Shown here one piece after another: positions 30,520 to 40,485 of a stretch of DNA of 64,000 nucleotides. How positions within the stretch are numbered: position 1 is the stretch's first letter; each line of letters starts with the position of its first letter. This stretch comes from a virus (lineage: Duplodnaviria; Heunggongvirae; Uroviricota; Caudoviricetes). The stretch is from IMG/VR virus record IMGVR_UViG_3300042549_006728. One strand, given 5' to 3'. The position numbers were made by a program, and so were the translations under genes. The notes under the pieces were generated by a model. It was not told the DNA's origin. It was given only the letters and a program-made list of their open reading frames with translations, and did not search any database.

Positions 30520-31210
30520 TATCTACTTGATCCAATTCTTTAATTTTTTCTATTAGTTTTGCATACGTATTTTTTTCAGTTATCCCATTAGGATTTAATC
30601 CATTCTCTTTTTGGAATTTTCGTATTGCATCCATAGTAAATTTACCGTATTTAGAATCTACCCCATCTTTTTTTGGACCAAATTTACCGATAAAATAATC
30701 CATCTTAATTAACATAGTTTGTATTTCACCTACTAGGTTGTTATAACAACCTTTTCTAATGATACTACTACCTAATACGTCAGTTTCATCTGCGGCACAA
30801 TCGATTGTAGATTGTGTTTGTTTTTTTATGGTTTTACCACCACCCTCTAATCCGTAACAAACATTTTTTAAAAACAGACACACTTGTTCTTTATCTTTAG
30901 TCAGTTTTGTTTGAAATTCTCTAAGTTCTTCTATAATATCCTCAATAAATTCGTCGAGTACCACACTCTCCTCAACCTTCGATGAAGAAGAACAAAAATC
31001 TCCCTCTTTCACTACCTCTCTTTGGGTATCACCAAAAACATATATAACTTCTGAAGCAGATGTTTCTGCAACACACTCATTTTTATAAACTAACGTGTCA
31101 CCATTTTGGGTACTTTTCGCACAAACAGGATTCCATTCCCCACCACATTTATAGTAGTCTTCTTTAAGGATTAACTTATTAAACTGATTTTCAGTTATTT
31201 TAATTTTCAT
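30509..31210 (-). CDS. Leader, Kazal-like module and peptidoglycan-binding domain
   Basis: C...WNPVC...G.T.VYKNECVA; VGEIQTML...DSKYG..T..AIRKFQKENGLNPNG. Confidence 0.75.
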   Translation of the reverse strand: MKIKITENQFNKLILKEDYYKCGGEWNPVCAKSTQNGDTLVYKNECVAETSASEVIYVFGDTQREVVKEGDFCSSSSKVEESVVLDEFIEDIIEELREFQTKLTKDKEQVCLFLKNVCYGLEGGGKTIKKQTQSTIDCAADETDVLGSSIIRKGCYNNLVGEIQTMLIKMDYFIGKFGPKKDGVDSKYGKFTMDAIRKFQKENGLNPNGITEKNTYAKLIEKIKELDQVDTKK

Positions 31211-31211
31211 C

Positions 31212-31451
31212 TTAATATTTACCGTTTATATATATAAATAAGACTTCAGGTATTCTCACACACTGACTCATATTACCATTCGAATCATAACAACCAATAA
31301 CCTCCAAACCCCTTACAATATTTTTAATGTCTCTAGGTGCCTTCATAGTAACATTTTCGACATATTGTTTATTGTATAATTTATTTGAATCATAAAATGA
31401 TTCATTTATAATTTTTTTTAGTTGGGATTCTGATATAATAATTTTTTTCAT
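31212..31451 (-). CDS. Small protein with MKKIIISESQLKKIINE leader
   Basis: Start re-assigned to the leader Met. Confidence 0.7.
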   Translation of the reverse strand: MKKIIISESQLKKIINESFYDSNKLYNKQYVENVTMKAPRDIKNIVRGLEVIGCYDSNGNMSQCVRIPEVLFIYINGKY

Positions 31452-31452
31452 C

Positions 31453-32235
31453 TTAGTATGTTGCTTTATATCCATCACAATTTTTGATACACCAATCACC
31501 TAAAGCTTTAATTCTATTTTGTTCTTCAGTAGGTATACCTGTAGAAGGCATTTTATTAACATATCCAGTTGTAAATGTTTTACTACAAAGACTACAAGAT
31601 AAATCTTTTCCACTTTCTTTTTTATTACCTCTTAAACAAAACTCAAATCCTTTATAATCAGGATCTGTAACACTAAATATATATTTTTTAACACAGTCTT
31701 TTAAATTTTCACAATCAACTGTATCTATAATTTTTATGGGATCGATAATATAATCATCTATATCATCTTGCCAATCTTTGTCATCTTGCCAATCTTTGTT
31801 ATCTTGACAATTACAATCGGTACAAAATTTTGGTTTAGGTAATGATTTAGAGAATGACAATTTTTTACACATCATTTGCCAAGTATTAAACCCGACTTTA
31901 CCGTCAGCAGTTAACCCAAATTTGTTTTGAAACTCTTCTACTGCCCCTTTAGTTTGGTTTTTAAATACTCCATCACATTTCGTCCAGTCAGAATAACACC
32001 AATCACCACTCATACCACCACCACTGTACTTAGTATTAAATTGGTTTACGTATAATAAATGCTGAATCATTTTAACAACGTCACCGTTTGATCCGTACAT
32101 TGCCAACTTTCTTTTACATATTATTTCACATAAATCATCACCTATTTGTATGATACCAGTGTAAGCCTCATTTAGAACACTTTTAACTATCTTACTTAAT
32201 TGACTTTCAGTTAATTTAATTACTCTTTTTTTCAT
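31453..32235 (-). CDS. Cys-rich peptidoglycan-binding domain protein with leader
   Basis: MKKRVIKLTESQLSKIVKSVLNE; GS.GDVVK.IQ...DG.F...T..AV..FQ..FGLTADG.VG..TW. Confidence 0.8.
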   Translation of the reverse strand: MKKRVIKLTESQLSKIVKSVLNEAYTGIIQIGDDLCEIICKRKLAMYGSNGDVVKMIQHLLYVNQFNTKYSGGGMSGDWCYSDWTKCDGVFKNQTKGAVEEFQNKFGLTADGKVGFNTWQMMCKKLSFSKSLPKPKFCTDCNCQDNKDWQDDKDWQDDIDDYIIDPIKIIDTVDCENLKDCVKKYIFSVTDPDYKGFEFCLRGNKKESGKDLSCSLCSKTFTTGYVNKMPSTGIPTEEQNRIKALGDWCIKNCDGYKATY

Positions 32236-32237
32236 TA

Positions 32238-32522
32238 TTAATAATATATATCTTCATTATTTTCTTCACCATAATTTCCACCGAAAGATTCTGTTTGTAT
32301 CCAGTCATTAAATAGATTTGCGTATTCTTCATCAGACATCTCATCGACAACCCCACCTAACCAGTTTTCAAATTCCTCAACTCTGGATGGGGTAAGATCT
32401 CCCCAACCAAACTTAAATTTCATTATATGTAAAACGTTATCAATATCTATTGTAGATTCTCCCAATAATTTTCGATTTGCCTCTAAAATAACTTGTCTTT
32501 TAATTTTTAACAGTCTGCTCAT
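32238..32522 (-). CDS. Hypothetical protein
   Basis: 94 aa; ATATTTAT at 32535. Confidence 0.65.
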   Translation of the reverse strand: MSRLLKIKRQVILEANRKLLGESTIDIDNVLHIMKFKFGWGDLTPSRVEEFENWLGGVVDEMSDEEYANLFNDWIQTESFGGNYGEENNEDIYY

Positions 32523-32563
32523 TTCTTTTATATAATAAATATAACATTATTTGAAAAAAAATA

Positions 32564-33079
32564 TTAATCTAATGGATAATTAATATATAGCTCTATTATA
32601 TCAATTAAACGAGTATTAGAAACAAACTCAGGTAAATTTGTCACTACAATATCTCTAATTATATCACTTATTTCATTATTTATTTCCCATCCATCCTTGT
32701 GATTGGAAATTAATGAATCAGTAATTTCATATAAATCCATATCATCATTATCATCATATACTTCTACTGTACCTTCAGGTGAAATATTGATGTAAAGTCT
32801 AACTACCTCTCCGAATAATGAATTCGCATCAATTGTTATATATTTTTTTAGTTCGACTGAATGGATACCAAAATGAAAATCATAAGTACCCGTATTTGTG
32901 TAATCGGCAGTATGGAAATCTAATTTTCTTAGTTTTTTTAAAAACGATACTTCATATTTTAAAAAATTATTAAAATATTCTTTTTCATCTATTACAAAAT
33001 CGGACAATTCAGATCGTCTTCCTAACCGATGTTCGGGATTTGAGAAATACCCTATTAATTTTTTTACATAGATACTCAT
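32564..33079 (-). CDS. Hypothetical protein
   Basis: 171 aa; ATATTTAT at 33085. Confidence 0.65.
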   Translation of the reverse strand: MSIYVKKLIGYFSNPEHRLGRRSELSDFVIDEKEYFNNFLKYEVSFLKKLRKLDFHTADYTNTGTYDFHFGIHSVELKKYITIDANSLFGEVVRLYINISPEGTVEVYDDNDDMDLYEITDSLISNHKDGWEINNEISDIIRDIVVTNLPEFVSNTRLIDIIELYINYPLD

Positions 33080-33162
33080 ATTGAATAAATATGAAAATTT
33101 ATGATAAAAAATTTTGCCAATTAAAAAATAATATATATATTTGTATTATAAAACAATCGACT

Positions 33163-33324
33163 ATGAAAACTATGGTAATTAGAAATCTAAATGGTACTGA
33201 CAGAAAGGTAACTAAATTTTTGTTTATTCCTGAATTTATTAAAGGAAAAATAAAATGGTTAACATTTGTGACAATACACGAAGATTACGTTGACGGTGAA
33301 TGGATTCAAATAAGAAAGAAATGA
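33163..33324 (+). CDS. Small hypothetical protein
   Basis: Follows a TTTG(33113)...TATATTTG(33136) promoter; ATGA overlap with the next gene. Confidence 0.6.
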   Translation: MKTMVIRNLNGTDRKVTKFLFIPEFIKGKIKWLTFVTIHEDYVDGEWIQIRKK

Positions 33325-33608
33325 AACTAAGTAACATTTGTGAAATAAGAACCAATTTTGGTGATGCTGATTTTTGGTTACAACGAAAAGGTAGTGTAGA
33401 AACTGTTGGTACCCCTACCAAAGAGTTTAATCCTGAAAATATAGGTATTAAAGTTATTAGAACTGATATACTTGTTCCTGATTATCTTTACTACATTTTA
33501 ACGTATTATCAAAGTATAGGATATTTTTCTAAAATATCAAAAGGGACACTCAATCTAAAAAATATTAGAACTGAGGATATTAGAAATATTGAGTTAGCTC
33601 AAAAATAA
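33321..33608 (+). CDS. Miniature protein resembling part of a type I R-M specificity (HsdS) subunit
   Basis: MKL.NICEI...ILVPDYLYY.L...F.K.SKGT...NIR..DI.NIEL resembles HsdS conserved segments by eye. Confidence 0.5.
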   Translation: MKLSNICEIRTNFGDADFWLQRKGSVETVGTPTKEFNPENIGIKVIRTDILVPDYLYYILTYYQSIGYFSKISKGTLNLKNIRTEDIRNIELAQK

Positions 33609-33609
33609 A

Positions 33610-33690
33610 AAACCCATCTTGGTAGCGAACCTGATGGGTTTATTTTGTCCGTAGACAACAACGGTCCTAATCCGTTTTATCTTTAATATC
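33610..33690 (-). ncRNA. Candidate small structured RNA (three hairpins)
   Basis: Stems aaacccatc/gatgggttt, ttgtc/gacaa and aacgg/ccgtt; ATATTTAT at 33698-33705 upstream on the minus strand; ends in a U-tract; no ORF. Confidence 0.5.
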
Positions 33691-33739
33691 TTTTATTATA
33701 AATATTTTACTTTTAAAATTAATTTCAGTATTTTTAAAT

Positions 33740-34141
33740 ATGGATAACAATAGTATAAATAACTGGGAACTACACCAAAAACTTATGGAGAAAAAATATG
33801 GTAAAACCCCTATTACTGATAAATATAATTTTGAAAATAATAGTGAGTTAGAAAAAGAATATAAGTCTAAAAATAGAAAGTTGTTCTCTATCCAAAATAT
33901 CGATTTTAGGGAAGATTATATTGTTTTAGAATCCTATTTACGAGATAGGAAAAAATATTATGTTAGTAACACCCTTACAATCCATACTGATACACCAGTA
34001 GGTAAAAATAACGAAGTAAAGTTATTGTGCGAACACTTTTGGGTGATGAAATCTATTAGTGAATTTATTTCGCAAGAAGAAAATAGGGTAGGGGGTTATA
34101 AAAACTTATTATCAGATTTATTAACCAAAGAAAAAAATTAA
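33740..34141 (+). CDS. Hypothetical protein
   Basis: 133 aa ORF. Confidence 0.6.
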   Translation: MDNNSINNWELHQKLMEKKYGKTPITDKYNFENNSELEKEYKSKNRKLFSIQNIDFREDYIVLESYLRDRKKYYVSNTLTIHTDTPVGKNNEVKLLCEHFWVMKSISEFISQEENRVGGYKNLLSDLLTKEKN

Positions 34142-34256
34142 TTCTCTTTAGAATATTCTTTTAATAATCTCTCATTATTTTTTATTAATTCTAATCTTTG
34201 TTTAAGATTATTAGTATTTCTTTTATATTTTTTTGACTTAGCCATAATTTTTATTT

Positions 34257-34862
34257 TTAATTATTATATTTTAGTGTGAAAAAATCTCTACCATTTAAAT
34301 ATATTTCATGGTGATCCAATAAAGATCCATCACTTATCAGTCGTTCATAATCTTTTGTGGGTACGATAGACATTTTACTATTGTAAATTAAAATATTTTC
34401 TTTAAATCCATCTTCTATAAAATATTCAAATTCTGATATTTTTTCGAATTCACTTTCATATGTTTCTTGATCGTCACCAGTGATAATTGCGAAATTAAAG
34501 TTTTTATCGCTTAAAGGTAATGTTTCCTTTATAACATCCTTTCTTTTATACATTTTTTCCCAAACATTAAAGGCATCACCCCTAATATCTCCATCTCTAG
34601 AAATCATCAACCCATTAGGGTGGCAAAACATTAAAGCCACTTCTAATACTGTAGGACCAAATCCTTTTTCTGCCGCAATCATTGGAAAATAATAGGTACC
34701 ATCTTTATTTCTAGATAATCCTACAAATCCTAAAATTTCACCGTTAACAAAGTCATACAATGATATATTCATATCATCATATATGGAAATTATAATATTT
34801 CTAGGTAGAGATGACATTTTTTTGTATTCTTCTTTTAATATTCTCCGTATTATTTCTTTCAT
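34257..34862 (-). CDS. Leader-bearing protein, possibly GNAT-like
   Basis: MKEIIRRILKEE; AAEKGFGPTVLE...A.NVWEKM weakly resembles acetyl-CoA-binding motifs. Confidence 0.55.
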   Translation of the reverse strand: MKEIIRRILKEEYKKMSSLPRNIIISIYDDMNISLYDFVNGEILGFVGLSRNKDGTYYFPMIAAEKGFGPTVLEVALMFCHPNGLMISRDGDIRGDAFNVWEKMYKRKDVIKETLPLSDKNFNFAIITGDDQETYESEFEKISEFEYFIEDGFKENILIYNSKMSIVPTKDYERLISDGSLLDHHEIYLNGRDFFTLKYNN

Positions 34863-34896
34863 ATAATAATAATAATAATAAATATATTTCTATATC

Positions 34897-36057
34897 CTAA
34901 AAAGGCATTTTTTCTGATATCTCTAACGATAATTCTTTAATATATTTTTTAAAAATAATTTCTGCCAATTCCTCATCCACACCAAAATTATTTACGACAT
35001 AATCAATATCCATTGAACCCATCATCCATCCACTCTTCCATCTATGTACATCCCAAGGTTTATAAGTGTATTCTTCCCAAGGATACATAGGAAACTTTAC
35101 TGAGGCAATTTTTTCTGACATAGTACCCCCATAATTTTTATCCAATATTTCGTATTCAGTATCTTCTAACATTGTTTTTACAATGTAATCGTAGAACTTT
35201 TGTTTTCTATCTACTGATTCTGTAACGTAACTTTTACCTTCACCATCTTCAAATCCTATTAATTGACCAGTTTTAGAATCGTATTCTTTTTCCACCCAAT
35301 CCCCATAGGCATCTTCATAATACACCAACAATTCTTTACCAGTGTGGGGAATTTCTAACATTACTTGTACATATTGTGGTAGTGAAACCCCCCCAACTAT
35401 AAAAGAGTCAGACATATGGATTGTTATACGCCACCCATAAATCATTCTAAAAATATCACCCCATTCTTCTATAGGGATATTGAAATTATGGAAATCAACC
35501 ATATAAGGTTTTTTCAATAAAGGAATTATTTTTTTATAGTATGAATTTTTATCTTCTACTGATTCTGTAATATTTTTTTTCGATCTAATATCATATATTT
35601 CACCATCTGATTTTTCTCGATAAATCAATTCGTTATTGGAATTAAATTCACTTACTATCCAAAAACCATTATTTTCGTAGTATATTTGATTTTCATTTTG
35701 ATCGTACCTATATATAGATAGGTTTCCCATATCTAACTCCTCATGTTCAATTAAATTACCATAGTTATCATATACCTTCCTAAGATAATCTCCATTCGGG
35801 TATTCTTTATATGTAAGGTGATCATTATCCCAACGGTAAAGTTCCCAATACCCATCAGGTGTTTCATAATATAGTGGATTATTATCTTTTTTATCTAATA
35901 CCTCATCCATACCAGTTATGTAAACAGGTTTATTAAAAACAATAGATAATATTTGATCATGACTTTTTTTATCGTGAAACCCCATTTCCGATAAATCTTT
36001 AAAATACGGTTTTTGAATTATCTTTGCGACTTTATTATATATATTTTCTTTTTCCAT
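34897..36057 (-). CDS. Three-module polyprotein: two KPY/beta-hairpin-repeat modules and one DDT-family domain
   Basis: ITESVE and VTESVD linkers; YYE..DG.W...YD..GN repeats; KFYDYIVKTMLEDT. Confidence 0.75.
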   Translation of the reverse strand: MEKENIYNKVAKIIQKPYFKDLSEMGFHDKKSHDQILSIVFNKPVYITGMDEVLDKKDNNPLYYETPDGYWELYRWDNDHLTYKEYPNGDYLRKVYDNYGNLIEHEELDMGNLSIYRYDQNENQIYYENNGFWIVSEFNSNNELIYREKSDGEIYDIRSKKNITESVEDKNSYYKKIIPLLKKPYMVDFHNFNIPIEEWGDIFRMIYGWRITIHMSDSFIVGGVSLPQYVQVMLEIPHTGKELLVYYEDAYGDWVEKEYDSKTGQLIGFEDGEGKSYVTESVDRKQKFYDYIVKTMLEDTEYEILDKNYGGTMSEKIASVKFPMYPWEEYTYKPWDVHRWKSGWMMGSMDIDYVVNNFGVDEELAEIIFKKYIKELSLEISEKMPF

Positions 36058-36093
36058 TATAATAATAAATATAGAGGAGAAAAGAAAATAAAA

Positions 36094-36645
36094 TTACCAG
36101 TTAAAATATAAATTTCTATCTATATCTATTCGTTTTCTAGTTTCTGGTAAAGGTAATCTTAATTCTTTAAGAATAATATTATGATTTGTTAAAATCTGAT
36201 GTTCCAAATAATTAATACTAAGTCCTATACCACTTTTATAAGTATTAATTCCAGTAATTTCTAAATTTCTAATAAATTCATAACTATTTGGTAATAAAAA
36301 ATCTGGTTCATAGGACTGACCGTAAAAATGTCTGTTAGGTATATGTTGACTATATGACTTTTCCATCATTTCCCTATTGATATCATAAACCACTATATCC
36401 CATACATACCAAAAATATTCTTCTTTAACACATAAATTATTGATGAAATGTTCATAAAATCTACCTATTATAGAAAAAAGGAAATTATTGGTAATATTTT
36501 TATCTTCAACACCCAAAGGATGTAAATTAAGTACGTCTACCCCATCATCAAAAAATACATACCCCCAACGGTTTCCTGATGGGAAACGTTCTAATGAAAA
36601 ATCGTGTAAACCTATTACTTTATCTGCGTATTTTTTTGGGTCCAT
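36094..36645 (-). CDS. Hypothetical protein
   Basis: 183 aa; TATATTTG at 36650-36657. Confidence 0.6.
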   Translation of the reverse strand: MDPKKYADKVIGLHDFSLERFPSGNRWGYVFFDDGVDVLNLHPLGVEDKNITNNFLFSIIGRFYEHFINNLCVKEEYFWYVWDIVVYDINREMMEKSYSQHIPNRHFYGQSYEPDFLLPNSYEFIRNLEITGINTYKSGIGLSINYLEHQILTNHNIILKELRLPLPETRKRIDIDRNLYFNW

Positions 36646-36686
36646 AAGACAAATATAGACAAATAAAATAATAAAATCAAATTATA

Positions 36687-37508
36687 TTAGGATTTCTTAA
36701 TGTCCTTACTCTGATCCTCTACAAATGATTCTTTAATACCTGTATCTTTTAAAAACTTTTTGTGAGACTCCTTATAAGATTTTTGTGTTTCATCATCCGA
36801 ATTTTTGGTGAACTGCCAATTCCAATAAAGTGAATCGTTTATCTTAAACCCATAATACTCATGACTTTCTTTTTGTGTATCAACAACGTTATTACCATTC
36901 CAGTTCTGTCCCGTACAAATATACCCAGACTCAATATTTTTAATTAAATTAGATTCACCTAACGTTGTGTGTCTATTTTGAATCCATGTAAGTCTTTCCA
37001 TTAAGTTTTGGTAGTACATATTTGCCTGTCCCCATCTTACAGATGAAAAGAATACCACCGCATCTGATTCAAATAACTCCTTACTAATTTTCCATAGTTC
37101 ATCGGAAGGTTCATTTATATTCACCCAACACCTATGAAAACCAGAAGGATTTTTAGACTTATCCTTTAACATTGCCTTTAGTATACCACAACTGTTCCCA
37201 TCTTTTCTTGATACGTTACCCTCACAAGGTAATATTTTCATTTCTGTTACATCCATAAATTCTACAATATCACCTAACTCTTCTTTTATGTATAAGGCAA
37301 TTAATCTAGATTTAGGTATATCGATATTATCATCATCGAACTGATATCTATTAGAACAAGAAAGTAATAAAACTTTCTTTTTTTTCTTTAACTCATCTAT
37401 TGTTTTTTTAAGGTTTCTAAAACTTGCGGTATTTGGTGAATCATCTTTTGATTCAGACACAATACGCATCATATCTTTTATCCTATTTAATTCTTCTTGT
37501 AAATTCAT
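36687..37508 (-). CDS. Flavodoxin-fold (NAD(P)H-FMN reductase / iron-sulfur flavoprotein-like) protein with leader
   Basis: VLLLSCSNR, PCEGNVS...C...CW, ESDAVVFFSSVRWG...ERLTW; MNLQEELNRIKDMM leader. Confidence 0.8.
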   Translation of the reverse strand: MNLQEELNRIKDMMRIVSESKDDSPNTASFRNLKKTIDELKKKKKVLLLSCSNRYQFDDDNIDIPKSRLIALYIKEELGDIVEFMDVTEMKILPCEGNVSRKDGNSCGILKAMLKDKSKNPSGFHRCWVNINEPSDELWKISKELFESDAVVFFSSVRWGQANMYYQNLMERLTWIQNRHTTLGESNLIKNIESGYICTGQNWNGNNVVDTQKESHEYYGFKINDSLYWNWQFTKNSDDETQKSYKESHKKFLKDTGIKESFVEDQSKDIKKS

Positions 37509-37515
37509 AATAATT

Positions 37516-38124
37516 TTAATATCTTGTATTATTAGTGACAAAATCACCTAAGAATAATCTATAGTTATCCCATAATATTTTAAGATTTTTACCCTCAATA
37601 TTAAACATATCGGAACAATAACTAACGAATTTTGGTGGTGGGGTTTCTAGGTTTAATAAATATAGGATATCTATATTCTCATTACTACTATATCTTAACG
37701 AAATACTATTGACAAAAAAAGGTACCTTTAATACTGAAGAGTTAACTTGATAGGTATCATCTTCAAGAATATTTAATATCTTATCTAAATACGTAACCAT
37801 TCTATCATCCGATTCGTTAATAGTTTTTTTATTATAAACAATATCTATTAAAAAATCTTTATATTTTTCCCATACATAATCGATTTGATTATCATCTTCT
37901 AACACATAATTATCATATAGATAATCTACTAATCCCAGTGGTATAGAATTATATCGTAAAATCCCTTTCATATTTGCTTCAGTAAATGCTCTATGGTTAC
38001 TCCAAGGTAACTTAAAAAATAATAAGAATGTCGTATCGGCAAGAGATTGAGATTCTTGAAATTTCGTGTTGGTAATTAAATCATTAATGATATAATTTAA
38101 ATATTTTTCTATTCTACTGTTCAT
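37516..38124 (-). CDS. Two-domain DDT-family polyprotein
   Basis: YLNYIINDLITNT...YVWEKY, TINESDD linker, YLDKILNILEDDT. Confidence 0.8.
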   Translation of the reverse strand: MNSRIEKYLNYIINDLITNTKFQESQSLADTTFLLFFKLPWSNHRAFTEANMKGILRYNSIPLGLVDYLYDNYVLEDDNQIDYVWEKYKDFLIDIVYNKKTINESDDRMVTYLDKILNILEDDTYQVNSSVLKVPFFVNSISLRYSSNENIDILYLLNLETPPPKFVSYCSDMFNIEGKNLKILWDNYRLFLGDFVTNNTRY

Positions 38125-38794
38125 TTATAAAAATTTCTCCCATCTTATTCATTAATAAAACCGTTGATCCTAAACCAAAACTTGTTACTATCGAAGGATT
38201 TTTATTTGTGTACTCCCTAAATATTTCCAACATCTCTTTAAGGATATAGTCCATATATGTGTCACAAAATTTCTCAAATGACTCTACAGTACCATCATTT
38301 TCTAAGTATAGTCCATATGAATTTTTAAAATCATGTATTTTTACCACATACATATCACTTCTATCCTCGAATTGTTCATATGTCATACTTTCTAAAAGAC
38401 TGTCAACAGTTTGATATATAATTTTAATTAATTTTTGTTTTAGATCCTCACTAAAACCGTCAAATTTTAAAAAATCTGATGGGTTACCCATCATCCATTG
38501 GTGATGTGAGGTAATATTTTCAGTAATAGTTTCTATATTACCACCATATCTTCTATCTTTTAATTTTGAGACATATCTATCCCATACATATCTAACCTCT
38601 GATCGGGCAACCCCATAATTATCTTCAATATATTCCACAAATAAAATGTAAGGTGTTCCTTGATTCTTTAAAAAATATTCCCAACCCACAACACCAAATG
38701 GTGAGATAAGTTTTAAAGGGAGATCACTAATTTTACTATCGTCTACTAAAAAATCAACAATTCTATTCAAATATTGTATGTTTCTAACACTCAT
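38114..38794 (-). CDS. DDT-family domain plus an unrelated domain
   Basis: YLNRIVDFLVDDS...YGV...YVWDRY; ITE linker. Confidence 0.75.
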   Translation of the reverse strand: MSVRNIQYLNRIVDFLVDDSKISDLPLKLISPFGVVGWEYFLKNQGTPYILFVEYIEDNYGVARSEVRYVWDRYVSKLKDRRYGGNIETITENITSHHQWMMGNPSDFLKFDGFSEDLKQKLIKIIYQTVDSLLESMTYEQFEDRSDMYVVKIHDFKNSYGLYLENDGTVESFEKFCDTYMDYILKEMLEIFREYTNKNPSIVTSFGLGSTVLLMNKMGEIFINEQ

Positions 38795-38856
38795 ATATGT
38801 TTTTAAATAAATATCGTATAAAAACAAAAATATAAATGTAGATACGAATAGATTTA

Positions 38857-39105
38857 TTATTTTACAATTCTACTAATTAATAAATTAATCAGACTTTGTA
38901 ACTCCTCAAAAGAATAGAATCTAATATTTGGATCAGTATTAAAAACATCAACATACCACTCATCATTTATTATTTCGTCATTTGATCTAGTAATGAATGT
39001 CAAACCATCTACTATGTCTAACGCATAGTAATAGGTATCATCTTCATCATGTTCTTTCATTTCTTCTTTACTAAAACCCAATAGTTGTATTTCTCTTTCT
39101 GTCAT
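38857..39105 (-). CDS. Small hypothetical protein
   Basis: 82 aa ORF. Confidence 0.6.
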   Translation of the reverse strand: MTEREIQLLGFSKEEMKEHDEDDTYYYALDIVDGLTFITRSNDEIINDEWYVDVFNTDPNIRFYSFEELQSLINLLISRIVK

Positions 39106-39144
39106 GTTTATTTTATATAAGGGTAAAAATTTTTTTTTAATAAA

Positions 39145-40485
39145 TCAATGATATATAGGATCTCGTACACCCCATTCATTTATTAGTATTTGATTTATTT
39201 CATTAATATAATCTTCCCACACACTATATGATTCGTCTTTAGTTAATCCATAAGTGTCACTACAATAGTTAAAGAAATCCTCCCTATCGAAATGCATAAT
39301 TCTACTATATACTAAATGAGTAAAAGGGACGAAGATATTTATCCAATCCGATGGCCACATACGATGAGGTTCTATTTGTGTATCATTTACAATAAATTCT
39401 AAAACTTTATCTAAATAATTTTTTCTCCTATCATTAGATTCTTTTATTAACCTATCCCTTTTAGGAAATTTATCAAACATAATCTTACTATATTTTTCCC
39501 ACACAACATCAAACTCTTCTGAAGTTGTACCATAATGTTTATTACAGTAATCTGAAAATTCATTATAAAATACTTCATTCGGTGATAATAAGGACATAAA
39601 TGAAGAATAAAAATTTATCGATGGGTATACTATCATTTGTAATTTAGGGACAATACTTGTATCACCAATTAAAGATTCTACAACCTTATCTAAAAATCTA
39701 TTATTAGTTTCTACCGATTCATTAAGACTATTATCTTCCATTTTATCCTCTAATTCTTTTTTTAATTTGGTGAATAATATTTTTATATACCTATTAAAAA
39801 TTTCTAATATTAGAGATGTATCGGTTATTCCATACTGATTACTTATGTAATTTACTTCTACATCATTTAATGGATAGTCTCCCATAAAATTTAAATGATA
39901 ATCTGCCCCATTCCAATCCTCAGTATATATCTCACCATCACCATAAAATGGATATACAATTCTCGCCACAGGTTCGTCTTTAATTGTTTTAATCTTATAT
40001 TGAGTATCTTCTAACATAAAATTAACAATCTTATCTATAACCATATTTTCTTTATCCCCTACAGATTCATTAAGACTATTTTCACTATAATCATCTGAAT
40101 ACCCTTCAGAGTTTTCATAATATATTGCCATACTCTTATCATTATATTCGTATTTTTCCCAGTACCCATCACTCTCTTCATAATATATCATATTCCCCAT
40201 TTCATCGTAATCTCTTAATGTCCACGGACCATTATCCCACTCAACGTATAAAGGAAGTTTAGGTGGGTTAGTAGGGATATTAATAGATATAATTGTTGCC
40301 TCACTATTTATATTTCTATCTATTTCTAAAGAATTTTTATCTTTATTAAAAAGTAATGAAAATACATCTAACCATTTATCGGTAGGTATTTTGAACATCC
40401 TTAAGTCCTCAATATAAGGGGGTTTCATAACACTTACTACCTTTTGGGAGTAATTATCATCATTTATAGATTCATTAATTTTCAT
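39145..40485 (-). CDS. Four-module polyprotein: one KPY/beta-repeat module and three DDT-family domains
   Basis: MKINES start; LNESVG, LNESVE and IKESND linkers. Confidence 0.8.
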   Translation of the reverse strand: MKINESINDDNYSQKVVSVMKPPYIEDLRMFKIPTDKWLDVFSLLFNKDKNSLEIDRNINSEATIISINIPTNPPKLPLYVEWDNGPWTLRDYDEMGNMIYYEESDGYWEKYEYNDKSMAIYYENSEGYSDDYSENSLNESVGDKENMVIDKIVNFMLEDTQYKIKTIKDEPVARIVYPFYGDGEIYTEDWNGADYHLNFMGDYPLNDVEVNYISNQYGITDTSLILEIFNRYIKILFTKLKKELEDKMEDNSLNESVETNNRFLDKVVESLIGDTSIVPKLQMIVYPSINFYSSFMSLLSPNEVFYNEFSDYCNKHYGTTSEEFDVVWEKYSKIMFDKFPKRDRLIKESNDRRKNYLDKVLEFIVNDTQIEPHRMWPSDWINIFVPFTHLVYSRIMHFDREDFFNYCSDTYGLTKDESYSVWEDYINEINQILINEWGVRDPIYH

